The notes beneath the pieces were generated by a model that was not told the DNA's origin, did no database searches, and saw nothing but the letters and a program-made list of their open reading frames with translations. Source: Mobula hypostoma (taxonomy: Eukaryota). From it: a stretch of DNA of 64,000 nt. The first letter of the stretch is position 1. Each line of letters starts with the position of its first letter. Positions 50,431-62,230 of this stretch are shown piece after piece. A program made the position numbers and the translations under genes. The stretch lies in assembly GCF_963921235.1 (NCBI RefSeq), contig NC_086108.1, positions 111,354,001-111,418,000 on the forward strand, read 5' to 3'.

Positions 50431-51365
50431 CTGTATTACAAAGGAACGTTGCATCAAAAGATCAAATCATCAGGCAGCAGAACATAAGCCAGGGGTCCTA
50501 TGTGGGTGTGTGAGTGGGTGGGAGGGTTGGAAGGGTTGCTAAGATGTGTTGCTTGTTAACACAAACGACACATTTCACTTTATGTTTCAATGTACACATG
50601 CTAAATAAATGAAAATGCATCTGAAAACAGCTGAAGGCACGGTGGTAGACATGGTTCAGTGGAGCTTATGACAAAGTTCCGCATCATAGGTGATTTCAAA
50701 AGATTAGAGCAAATGGGATCCAAAACAGCGTATTGGCAAACTTGATCCAAAATTGTCCCAGTTACAGGAGGTGCAGGGCAGCTGTAGAGAGATGCTGTCT
50801 AAATGGTTATCTGCAGCCTCTTCTATGTCACAGCGATCGCTACTGGGACGACCGTTGTTTCTCATATATGTATTAAAGTTCAATGCAAATTTATTTTCCA
50901 AGTACAACTACATCACTATATACAGCCCTGAAATTCTTTTTCTTGTGGGCATTCACATTCGAAAAAGAAATACAACAGAATCAATGAAAAACTGCACAAG
51001 GACAGACAATCAAACAACCAACCTGAGTGAGAATGTAGACACAGAGAACTCAGCAGGTCAGGCAGCATCTACGGAGGGCAATGAAGAGTTGATGGGTTGG
51101 GCTGAGACCCTTTGTCAGGGTGGATGATTTGAGAAGCAGGGAGGTGATCGGTGGAACCCTTCTCTCACACCCCCACCTTCCTCCTTACCTGGTCTCACCT
51201 ATCATTTGGCAGCTTGTATTCCTCTCTGTTCCCCCCCACCCCCACACACAACCTCATCACTTTCTTATTCTGGCTTCTACCTCCTTCCTTTCCAGTCCTC
51301 AGTCCGAAACTTCAGCTGTTTATCTCTCTCCATAGCTGCTACCTGATCTGCCAAGTCCCCCGGGG

Positions 51366-51366
<1 letters not shown>

Positions 51367-51434
<68 letters not shown>

Positions 51435-51815
51435 TGAGAGAAAGAGAGTATGCATATGTACGTGTGTGTGTGAGCACGCGCGTATGTATGCGTGTGTGTG
51501 TGTGTGTGAGAGAGTGAGAGAGAGAGAGAGAGTATGCGTATGTACGTGTGTGTGTGAGCACGCGCGTATGTATGTGTGTGTGCATGTGGGTGTACGCGCA
51601 TGTGTGTGTTTGCATGTGTGTGCGCGTGTGTGTATGTGTGTGTATGTATGTGTGTGAGTGTGTGTGAGTGAGTGAGTGTGAGTGTGTGTGTGTGAGTGCG
51701 CGTGCGTGTGTGTATGTGTATACACGCATGCATGTGTGTGCCCATGTGTGTGTGTAAGTGTGAGTGTGTGCATGCACATGCATGTTTGTGTACGTGTGCA
51801 TGTGTGTGTGCGTGT
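51367..51815. repeat. (TG)n microsatellite with compound TG/CA/AG tract
   Basis: About 32 perfect TG units followed by degenerate dinucleotide repeats. Confidence 0.97.
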
Positions 51816-51853
51816 TGCCACTGTCGACGATGGCTGACATCTGTAAGACAAAC

Positions 51854-51937
51854 CTCCTCAGAAGATTCATTGCTACTGCTTTGCTGCCTGGGTTTTGAGG
51901 TGGAAACCCCTCCAGCCGATGGCGTCCTGCTCCCGAC
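51854..51937 (-). CDS. vtg: Vitellogenin exon, Ser-rich linker before the lipovitellin light chain core
   Basis: ccttgtgattcag|...|gtttgt; 84 nt, phase 0 to 0; VGSRTPSAGGVSTSKPRQQSSSNESSEE. Confidence 0.75.
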
Positions 51938-53889
51938 CTGAATCACAAGGTTAATAAGACAGATTAGTGTCTGAACAACAGTCGCTGAAGCATGAAATCA
52001 AAGCACCACATCTTTGGAAGCTCTCTTAGTTATTTGGTTCCTCTCAAGTAAAGGATCAAACCAGTTTGGGACTTCTATGGTGAAAGGTAGGGCACTGTGG
52101 AGTGCGGTAGAACGGAGGGATCTGGGAATCACTATTCCCTCTAAGCTGCATGTGAAATGCTCCCATACCCAAAGCCTTTGCTGCTGCACAGCTGGAATTA
52201 TCCTTTACATAATGTTAATCTACTTTTGAACATATGTTAATATAATTTGAAATCTATGTTAGTTTAATTTTGAAATACCCTGTAATTAATTTGTGTAATG
52301 AATATAACCCATAATTTTATAAGTAATAAACATACCACAACCTTTACTTTGAAATATTTTAGAACTTCAAATTACTTACATTGTCAGTGTTTCAAGTTAA
52401 AAATGGTTGCAAATTGTAAAAATAAATAATTGTAACACTAAATACAGAATGGAAGTCAAGACCTCATTGTTAACAAACAGTTCCTGCTCAGAACAATGCA
52501 AAAAAATTAGAAGGGACATTGCTGGGAATACAGATCCATAATTCCTTGAAAGTGGTGCCACGGGTAAATAGAGTCGTAAAGAAAGCTTTTGACACATTGG
52601 CTTCATGAGTCAAAGTGTTGAGTACAGGAGTTTAGATGTCATGTTGAAGTTGCATAAGGAGTCTGCAAGACATAATTTGGAGTATTGCGCTCTAAATTAC
52701 CTACAGGAAAGACATTAGTAAGATTAAAGAATGCAGAGAAGAGTTACAGGAATGTTCCCTGGACTTAAGGCCTTGAATTATAGGGAAAGGTTGATCAGAT
52801 TAGCACTTTATTCCCTGGAGCATAGAATACTGGGAGATAATTTGATAGAGGCATACAGAATTATAAGGGGGTATAGATGGGGTAAATGCAAGCAGCCTTT
52901 TTCCACTGAAGTTGGATGGGACAAGAACTAGAAGTCATGGTCTAAGAGTGAAAAGTGAAGTGTTTAAGGGGTACATGAGGGGGAATTTCTTCACTCAGAG
53001 AGGGTCATGAGAGTGGGGTATCAGCTGCCAGCATGTGGTGGATGAGGATTTGATTTCAACTTTTAAGAGAAGTTTAGATAGGTACATGAGTGAGAGGGGA
53101 ATGGAGGCTATGATCTGGGTGTGGGTCAATGGGACTAGGCAAATAAATAGTCTGGCATTTACTAGATGGGTCAAAGGGCCTGTTTCTCTGCGTAGTGTTC
53201 TATGATTCTATGATATATTGGAAAACTGTTTTAATTAGGCCTCAAGGCGCAGGCTTGCCTGTTGCAGCAGTACAGTAGAGGACACGCCAGAGGCAGTTTA
53301 GAGCAGTGTCCATGCTGGGTTGGGAGCTGGCGTCTCCTGCTGGTGTTGCCCTCCAGAGTTCAACTGACAGAAGACAAGCTGGATTGTGTGCATGCATGCG
53401 TTCATCTGCAGACTGCCGAGAACTGCCTATTCTTGCCAATAACACCCATGCACCATCAATTTATAGGACATTTTCACTCAGGGATTTGGGCTATATCTAT
53501 TTCTTGTGAGTGATGGAAAGCTCTGGGTAAATGCATTCCTTACACACACGCATGTACACACACACAAACATTGCCTAGTTATTCTGCCGTCGCTGTGCTC
53601 AGTGTTTGCACCCCCACCCCCAGTATAAACTGAGCTGATGAGCTTTATAGTGTCTTTCCTACCATACAGGTGGAACATTCCGTGTCTTTCGCAGTGGGGA
53701 TGTGTCGATGTGTTTATGCCGTATTCTGTATTTAAGGTAGACACTACTGTGTATTTTGTAATGAGAATGTAACTACGTTGTGGGGTGCATCATATTTCAA
53801 TTCATGTGTAGTCTTAGTTAACTTTGTGGGTAATTAAAGATAGTACTTTCTAGTGTGAAAAAGGGGTGTGATGACCTTCAGTGGCGGTT

Positions 53890-54220
53890 GGGGGGGGGAG
53901 TTAGAGAGAAGAGACAGTGCGGGTGGGGAGAGAGAGGGAGGAGAGAAAAGGGGAGGAGAGAGACAGGGGGAGCAGAGAGAGATGAGGGAGAGAGATGGGA
54001 TAGAGAATGGGGAGAGGGGGAGGGAGGGGGTAGAAAGGGGGAAGGGGAGAGAAAAAGGGGGAGAGAGAGAGAGGACACAGAGAGAGATGGGGAGAGAGAG
54101 TGAGGAGACAGGGGAGGGGAGGGGGAGAGATGGGGAGGGGGAGAGCAGGGAGAGCGGGGAGAGAGGGGGAGAGAGGGGAGAGGGCGAGGAATAGAGAGAG
54201 ACACAGATACAGAGAGACAT
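53890..54220. repeat. Polypurine (GA/GGA-rich) low-complexity tract
   Basis: Almost entirely G/A on the + strand. Confidence 0.9.
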
Positions 54221-54340
54221 GCAAGGTTCACACTGTAAAAAATTACACTAACTGCAATAACTGTATACAGTGCATATTCTATAAGTTTAATTATCTGTCA
54301 TTAGAGGGAAATGAAAGAATTAGTTCAGGTATATATAGAA

Positions 54341-56630
54341 TAAGACCATAAGACACAGGAGCAGAATTAGGCCATTCAGCGCATCAAGTCTGCTCCACCA
54401 TTCCATCATGGCTGATCCCAGATCCCACTCAACCCCGTACACCTGCCTTCTCACCATATGCTTTGATGCCCTGATCGATCAGGATGATCAGCTTCCACCT
54501 TAAATATACCAACAGACTTGGGCTCCACAGCAGTCTGTGGCAAAGCATTTCACAGATTCACTTTTCTCTGGCTAATAAGGGCTCCTTTCCTCTGTTCTAA
54601 AGAGCAGCCCCTCAATTCTGAGGCTGTGCCCTCTAGTTCTGGAAACCCCCACCATAGGAAACATCCTCTCCATATCCACCCTATCTAGTCCCTTCAACAT
54701 TTGGTAGGTTTCAATGAGATCCCCACACATTCTTCTAAATTCCAGTGAGCACAGGCCCAAAGCTGCCAAATGCTCCTCATATGTTAACCCCTTCGTTCCT
54801 GGAATCATCCTCGTGAACCTCCTCTGGATTCTCTCCAAAGGCAAGACATCCTTTCTGAGATATGGGGCCCAAAACTGTTGACAATACTCCAAGTGCAGCC
54901 TGACTAGTGTCTTATAAAGTCTCAGCATTATCTCCTTGCTTTTATATTCTATTCTCCTTGAAATAAATGCCAATATTGCATTTGCCTTCTTTACCACAGA
55001 CTCAACCTGTAAATTAACCTTCTGGGAGTCTTGTACGAGGACTCCTAAGTCCCTCTACACCACTGATGTTTGAACCTGCTCCCCATTTAGGTAATAGTCT
55101 GCACTATTGTTCTTTCTACCAAAGTACATTATCATCAGTCCTGCTACAATCACATTGCTTCCTTAGCGCTACCTGCCCCTCCACCTATCTTTGCATCATC
55201 CGCAAACTTTGTCACAAAGCCATCAATTCCATTATCCAAAACATTGAAAAACAATGTGAAAAGTAGCGGTCCCAATACCGACCCCTGAGGAACACCATTA
55301 GTTACTGGTAGCCAACCAGAAAAGGCCCCCTTTTATTCCCACTCACTGCCTCCCACCTGTCAGCCATTCTGCTATCCATTCCAGTACCTTTCCTGTAACG
55401 CCACAAACAGCCTCGTGTGATGCACCTTATCAAACACCTACTGAAAATCCAAGTAAATGACATCCACTGCCTCTCCTTTGTCCAACCTGCTTGGTACTTC
55501 CTCGAAGAACTCTGACATATTTGTCAGGCAAGATTTCCCTTCACGGAAACCATGCTGACTTTGGCAGTTTATGATTGGTCTCCAAATACCCTGATACCTC
55601 ATCCTTAATAATAGACTCCAACACTTTCCCAACCGCTGAGGTTAGGCTAACTGCCCTATAATTTCCTTTATTTTACCTTCCTCCCTTCTTAAAGAGTGGA
55701 GTGACATTAGCAATCTTCCCGTCCTCCAGGACCATGCTAGAATCATGTGGTTCTTGAAATATCATGACCAATGCATCTGTTATCTCTTCAGCAAACTCTT
55801 TCAGGTCTCTGGGATGTAGTCCATCTGGTCCAGGTGACTTATCCACATTAAGACCTCTCAGTTTGCCCAGCACTTTTTCATTTGTAATAGCGATGACACT
55901 CACTCCTGCTCCCTGACACTCATGGACCTCTGGCACACTGCTAGTGTCTTCCACAGTGAAGACAGATGCAAAGTACTCATTAAGTTCATCTGCCATTTCC
56001 TTGTCCCCCATTACTACCTCACCAACATCATTTTCCAGTGGTCCAATATCAACTCTCACCTCCCTTTTACTCTTTACTTAACTGAAAAAAACTTCTAGTA
56101 TCCTGTTTTATATTATTGGCTAGTTTGTCCTCAGATTTAATCTTTCCCCTTCTCATAACTTTTTTAGTTGCTTTTTGCTGGACTTTAAAAGCTTCCCAAT
56201 CATCCAACTTCCCACTCACTTTTGCTACCTTATATACGCTTTCCTCGGCTTTTATGCAGTCCTTAACTTGCTTTGTCAGCCACGGTTGCCTACCCTGCCA
56301 TTTGAGAACTTTGTCTTCTGTGGAACATATCTATCCTGCGCTTTGTGAGCTATTCCCAAAAACTTCGGCCATCTCTTCTCTGCAATCATCCCTGCTAGAA
56401 TCCTCCTTCAATCCACCTGGGCAAGCCCCTCTCTCATGGCCTCTGAAATTCCCTTTATTCCATTGTGATACTGACTTATGCTTCTCCAATCTCAAACTGC
56501 TGTATGAATTCAATCATATTATGATCACTGCCTCCTAAGCATTCCTTTATGTTAAGCTCCCTAACAAGATTTGGGTTATTACACAACACACAATCTACAA
56601 TAGCCTTTCCTGAACAGGCTCAAGCACAAA
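54341..56630 (-). mobile_element. Degraded CR1 LINE
   Basis: ORFs 54572-54997, 55438-55632 and 55673-56059; taagaccataagac tail. Confidence 0.88.
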
Positions 56631-56734
56631 TTGTGTTTCGGGCTAAGACACGTGTGAGAAATCCGGCCTGGACTTGCCAAGTGGAATGGCCTCATTCCAG
56701 ATTGTATGGAAATTGTTGCTGAACGTTATCTTAC

Positions 56735-56788
56735 CTCACTGCTTTGAACTGAACTGAACTCAATTTCCAGGAACTCCCTGTTCATCCC
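56735..56788 (-). CDS. vtg: Vitellogenin small post-phosvitin exon (GMNREFLEIEFSSVQSSE); 5' boundary uncertain
   Basis: Strong donor gag|gtaaga. The peptide aligns with the short 'EIYQYRFRS...E'-type post-phosvitin exon as recalled from chicken VTG2. The acceptor after the pyrimidine tract reads CG, not AG. Confidence 0.65.
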
Positions 56789-56865
56789 CGGGAAATAAAA
56801 ACATTTTTTAAAAATTTAATCACATTGTGCATTCTTTCCAAAAGAGTTTATCAAGTGACACTCAC

Positions 56866-56883
56866 AGGGTAAACAGCACGATA
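56866..56883 (-). CDS. vtg: Candidate 18-nt vitellogenin micro-exon (YRAVYP)
   Basis: attattgtatctcag|tatcgtgctgtttaccct|gtgagtg; strong donor, frame-preserving, in non-repeat sequence just upstream of the next exon. Confidence 0.45.
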
Positions 56884-57049
56884 CTGAGATACAATAATTC
56901 ACAGGGAGACTGGAGCCTCCTTTCTAAACAATGTCTGAACTTCCCAGGCTAATCACAAGCGATTATAGATGCTGGAATCTGGATCAACACACAATCCACT
57001 GAAGGAACTCAGTGGGCCGTACAGTATCTCTGGGAGGAAAGAAACTGTT

Positions 57050-57660
57050 GACCAGGATGGTTAAGAAGGTTTACAGTGTGTTGGCCTTCATTAGTCAGGG
57101 ATTGGTTTCAAGGGCAGTGAGGTACTGTCACATCTCCATAAAACTCTGGTTAGACCACACGTGTGCTCAGTTCTGTTCGTCTCATTATAGGAAGGACGTA
57201 GAAGCTTCAGAGAGGGCATAAGGGGATTTACCAGGATGCTGTCTGGATTAGAGAGCATGTTTTGTGAGGATATGATGAGCGATCTAGGGCTTTTCTCTTT
57301 GGACAGAAGGAGGATGAGAGGTGTCTTGGTAGAAATGTACAAGATGATAAGAGGCATAGATAGGGTAGATAATCAGAGACTTTTTCCCAGGATGAAAACA
57401 GCTAATATGAGAAGGCCATATTTTTAACGTGATTGGTGCAATGTATAGGGGGGGATGTCACAGGTTTTTTTCGCACACAGAGTGGTGAATGTGTGGAATA
57501 CCCTGTTGGGTGGTGTAGAAGCACATACATTCGGGGCATCTAGGACACTCTTAGGTAGGCACGTGTTTGATAGAAAGATGGAGAGTGTGTAGGAGGGAAG
57601 GGTTAGATTGATCTTAAAATCAGTTAAATGGCCTCCACTGTGCTGTAATATTCTATGATC
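57050..57660 (+). mobile_element. CR1 3' fragment
   Basis: ORFs 57012-57221 and 57236-57427 carry CR1 C-terminal motifs. Confidence 0.75.
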
Positions 57661-58317
57661 TATGTTTTGGGTTGAACCCTGCATTGGGACTGAGAGTGGA
57701 GAGGTGAGATGGCTCCTGTAGAGGGAAGGTGAGTGGCAAGACAGGTTTCCAAGTTAGTTGTGGCCTGAGGAGGGGTGCAAGACGACAGGCAGGTCGTAAC
57801 AGATAGGGGAGGTGGAAAGAAGCTGGGAGGTGATAGGTAGAAGAGATAAAAGGCTGAAAAAGAAGGAATCTGATAGGAGAGGAGAGTGGATCATGAGAGA
57901 AAGGGAAGAAGAAAGAGCACCAGAGGAAAGTGATGGGCAGGTGAGGAGGAGAAAAGGGGTAGGAAGAGAGGCAGAATGGGGAGTGGAAAAAGAGAGAAGG
58001 GGGAGGAATTACCATAAGTTAGAGAAATCGCTGTTCATGCCATCAGGTTGGAGGCTGTGCAGATAGAAACCGAGTTCAAGTCAGACATAGTCCTAATGAA
58101 TCCTGGACCTAGATTGAGGGACTGAATAGACAAATGCTCCTATGTCTAACGACCCAGCAGTAGTTATAATTACTGTCTGTGTTGTGGTTGGGACACTGGG
58201 CACTCAGTTGGGCACCCAATGGCTGAAAGGCGATAAGGGGGGGAGGGAATGTACCCATGGCCTGTGGCGTGATTCAGACTGTCTCCCCCCCCGCATCTAT
58301 CCCAGCCGTCTTCCCAC

Positions 58318-58449
58318 CTCGTCAGGGCTGTGGTGCCTGTGGAGGGACTGGCCACTCGACGAAGAATAGCTCTGAGAAGATTCTCTGCTCGGCGAGGAAC
58401 GGCTGCCGGGTGAGGAACCTCCGGTGGTAGTCTGATTTCGCAACCTGGA
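58318..58449 (-). CDS. vtg: Vitellogenin exon, short phosvitin-like Ser-rich segment
   Basis: cttctcttctttacag|...|gtggga; 132 nt, phase 0 to 0. SRLRNQTTTGGSSPGSRSSPSRESSQSYSSSSGQSLHRHHSPDE (16 of 44 residues Ser) sits at the phosvitin position. Confidence 0.8.
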
Positions 58450-60357
58450 CTGTAAAGAAGAGAAGGTTACGGACTGAATTCTCCACTGTCGGGGAAGTAC
58501 CAGCAGAAACAAAGAGGACCCCAGAGTCATTCAAAGAAACACTGAGGTGTAACTTCTGGATTAGAGAGCATGGAATTAGAGAACTTTAGAAGCATGAGAA
58601 TGCATGAGGGTGCATTAAATTCAAGTTTAATTGTCATTCAACTATACACGAATATCCATGAATCCAGCCAAACAACACAGTGCTACTCAGAGGCCAAGGT
58701 GCAAAACACTGTAGCAACAGCACACAGCACAAGACACATACAGTACATATAAAATAGCAGTAAACATGCGTTCACACAAAGAACACAATATATACATAAT
58801 ATAGCCTTGGATGTTGTCGGCAAGAGCAAGCCTGCAGCAGACAAATGCAATCCGGCTTGTCTGCCACTGGGTGAGCACTGAAGTACAGCACCGACTCCCG
58901 CGTGGACGCTGCGCAACACGGCCTCCAGCATCACCTCTCCTGGCAGCTAGCGTTAGAGAGCGTGGAGCCAGCTGCCAGAGGGAGTGGTTGAAGCAGGGAC
59001 TTTTACAACATTTAAGAGATGCAGGAAAATGGGACCAGCTTAGTCTTGGTCAGCATCGACTATTTGGGCTGAAGGATTTGTTTCAGGGCTGTACACGTCC
59101 GTGAATCCTATAAAGAAACCATTTCCAATCTTTCTGAGTCGTCCCGTTGCTCCAGTAAGGTCTGCTGAACTGGAGCCAGTTCTGAGCTGGCTCAGTCCCA
59201 GCATGCTGACTTCCAAGAATCATACATAGAAAGGTATGGCACAGAAACAGGCCCTACAGCCCATCTAGTCCATGACAAACCATTTTAACTGCCTACTCCC
59301 ATCGATCTGCGCCGGGGCCATACCCCTCCACACCCCTACCATCCATGGTCTAGGAATGGGGCTAACAGCTTCTGAATCAGGTTTATTATCTCCATCGTAA
59401 GTGAAGTGAAATTTGTTGTTTGTGTGGCTGCGGTACTGCGTAAAAGGCATAAAGTTCTATAAATTACAAAAATAAGTAATAGTTCAAAAGTAGGAATAAT
59501 GACGTGTTTACACATTCACGTACCATTCAGAAATAAGATGGCAGAGGAGGAGACCAGAAAAAGCCATCAAACCTCCCAGCGCTGGTAGCTAACTGGCCCT
59601 GGTGAGTGGGTAAAACCTGCCCCCTCCTCCCTCCTTCTCACACCTCACGTCAACACTTTGTTCCATTGCAATGATCTGATCTGTGTGAACAGTACGCAAC
59701 ACAAGCTTTTCACTGTATCTCAGTACGTGTGACAATAATAAAGCAATTCCAATTCCTATGAAGTAAGAAGAGGGCTCTGGTCCCGGTGCAGGTTGATGGG
59801 ACTACAAGGAGTAGAACTGGGCCATTTGGCCCATCAAGTCTGCTCTGCCATTTCATCATGGCTGATCTATTTTCCCTCTCAGACCCACTCTCCTGCCTTC
59901 TCCCCATTTCCCTTCGTGCCCTAACTAATCAAGAATGTGTCAACCTCTGCCTTAAGTATACCCAATGATTTGGCAGAAAGCCAGATTAGATAGGCCAAAA
60001 GGCCCCTTTCTGTGCTGCTGTACACTATAATTCTACATTTCTAAAACTAGTAAAGAAATGGACTCCTCTCCTTGAGTGTATATACCTGTATAATCTAATG
60101 CCCTCCTGCGCCTCACTGGCAACCTTGCCATCTCTTTAGCATTTGTCTGCTTTACGAGGCTGAGTTGCGAGCTCAGTGTTTAAGCCAGAATGGATGGAAA
60201 GTGTACAAGGAGCTGGCCGGATTCGAACCCAGGACCGCTCACTCCAAAGTCCAGTGCCAACGCTATTACACAACTGTCTGGCTTCGCCTTGTGTGTGTAG
60301 GGTCATTCATTGATGGATTGCTTATTAGGCTAAAAAAGCAGAGGGCGGACACTGTAC

Positions 60358-60509
60358 CTGAGTGTGTGATCCTTTCATTAACAAAGTTCGCCCATTAGTT
60401 CGTTCAAGCGGAAGCCTCTCTTTCTCCAGAAGTCGAATCACTTTTGCACCAGCTTCTGGCCCTGCCTGAACTTCCAGCACCAGCCTTTTGATCTCCATCT
60501 CAGAATGGA
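60358..60509 (-). CDS. vtg: Vitellogenin exon, end of lipovitellin heavy chain (counting back from the last exon, equivalent to exon 22 of the 35-exon tetrapod gene)
   Basis: cctttccctttgccag|...|gtacag; 152 nt, phase 1 to 0. HSEMEIKRLVLEVQAGPEAGAKVIRLLEKERLPLERTNGRTLLMKGSHTQ resembles the vertebrate Vtg 'IEKIQ.EIQAG..A..K.I' segment before phosvitin. Confidence 0.9.
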
Positions 60510-61110
60510 CTGGCAAAGGGAAAGGGTTTTGGTTTAGTGTAGTTGCAGTGTACGGAGCAGCCCTCTCAACTCACCAGGGTAAGCATGTCTCCCAAACTTC
60601 ACACAGGGCACAACAGCATCACCGGCGTCCAGGACAAAGCCAACGTCCATTCTCTCCACCACTGTCGCACAGTGGCTGCTGCGCGGTTACTCACCGTGCT
60701 AACGCCAACAGCACCTCACTAACCATGGCTTTTACCACCAGTAAGGTCAAGGACAGCTTTCTCATTGGGACATAGCAGAGACGGCCTTTGACACTGTGGG
60801 GGAGGGGCACGATCCAGGCACTCCTGTTTGCATCAGGGAGAAAGATCGTAGAGCACTACAGCACAGTACAGGCCCTTCGGCCCACAATGTTGCACTGAGC
60901 TTTTAACCTACTCTAAGATCAATCTAACCCTTCCTCCTAACATTCTCCATTTTTCTATCAACCATGGGCCTATTTAAGAGTCCCCAATGCACCTCCCCTA
61001 CCACCACCACCCCGGTAGTGCATTCCACACACCCAGCACTGTGTAAAAAAACTTACCTCTGATATCCTGCCTATACTTTCCTCCAATCATCTTAAAAATT
61101 ATGTCCCCTC

Positions 61111-62106
61111 TGTCACGGACCCCGTGACGGGGATAAAGAACCAGCAGAAATAGGAAACACTTTGGAGTCTTGTATTGCTATAAACTACTAATATTTATTA
61201 ATAACTACGCAATACAGTAATATAAATGTAGATAAATCAAACAAGTTAGCAATGATTATATATAAAAGTAAGTGTGGAATATATATGTATGAAAAACAAG
61301 CATCTTTAAGTCTAGGGGTAAAAAGATACAGTCTTACGATGTTGAGTAAAGTTCAGTTCAGTTCGTGGTATTTAGTTGAGTAGTGATGGAGAGAGAGAGA
61401 GACAGAGAGTGAGTTGAGTCTTCAGGTGAGCTGATACCGTCAATCTTCTTGTCGTCCTCCGAAATCCTTTACAAGTCACCGACTGTGACTTTAACAAGGG
61501 GGACCGGTCTTCCGTGGTGGAGCTATCACCCAGGCGAGGGTGGACACATAGACAACTCCCCACCAGTCAACCCCTTCTTCACCGATGGAATAGCAATTTG
61601 GATCGATCCGCCTGATTGATCCTCCAAAACCCACTTTCTCTGCAGGCACAACAATGCTCATTCAGTGTCCAGATCATCTGTCTGAGGCCTGTATCATCTG
61701 ACCTCCTATTTATTTCACCAGGCTGAGCATTACCTGTCATTCAAAGAGTCCCTCCCTCCTTTGTCTGTAAAGGAGTGTACAAGCAGGCAACAAGTCCTTG
61801 AAAGTAACATCAACAATGTGCTGAAAACCATAACATCGAGTGTCCATTAATTAACACTGCCTTCGGTCACCATAGCAACCTTCGAGCTGCTCGGTGCTGT
61901 CTCCAACTCCAAACTCAGTAAAAATCCAAAGTTACTTCCAATGCCTTAAAGTGACAGTCCAACTGTTAATCTTCGTCTCTCTCTCTTTTCCAAAAGCAAC
62001 GTATCGGTGGTAAATAACTCTGTCTCTCTCTCCTTTCCAAACAAACCATCAATGATAAATGTCTCTCTCCAAACAATTAATAGGGGCACTCCTGGATCCC
62101 CTCACA
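61111..62106 (-). mobile_element. 3' LTR (996 bp) of a Gmr1-like Gypsy element
   Basis: Minus-strand TG...CA termini, immediately preceded by the polypurine tract aggaaggggag (62107-62117). Its end is homologous to the solo LTR at 9761-10555. Confidence 0.85.
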
Positions 62107-62230
62107 CTCCCCTTCCTCAGGGAAAAAAAATTGTCGAAGACAATTTTTTTTAAAAGGTCCATCACAGGGTTTTAAACAATACAGAGGAAAAACATCAGAT
62201 GACAAAGCAAAAATGGATACAGTTTTCAAC

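Noticed and set aside
51151..51946. Long ORFs rich in HT/CV dipeptides
   Set aside because: Artefacts of the (TG)n microsatellite; only 51854-51937 is exon.
53242..53513. GC-richer unique stretch with short ORFs on both strands
   Set aside because: No Vtg similarity or convincing splice pair, and the flanking exons already join in phase.
53834..54351. Glu/Arg/Gly-rich and Ser/Leu/Pro-rich ORFs
   Set aside because: Translations of a polypurine low-complexity tract.
59120..59220. Possible extra phosvitin exon
   Set aside because: Not Ser-rich and lacks a pyrimidine tract or a good donor.
60689..60790. Possible additional vtg exon ending at a gtgagt donor near 60694
   Set aside because: The required phase-1 frame contains TAG just before the donor and there is no Vtg similarity; the next exon is probably beyond the window.
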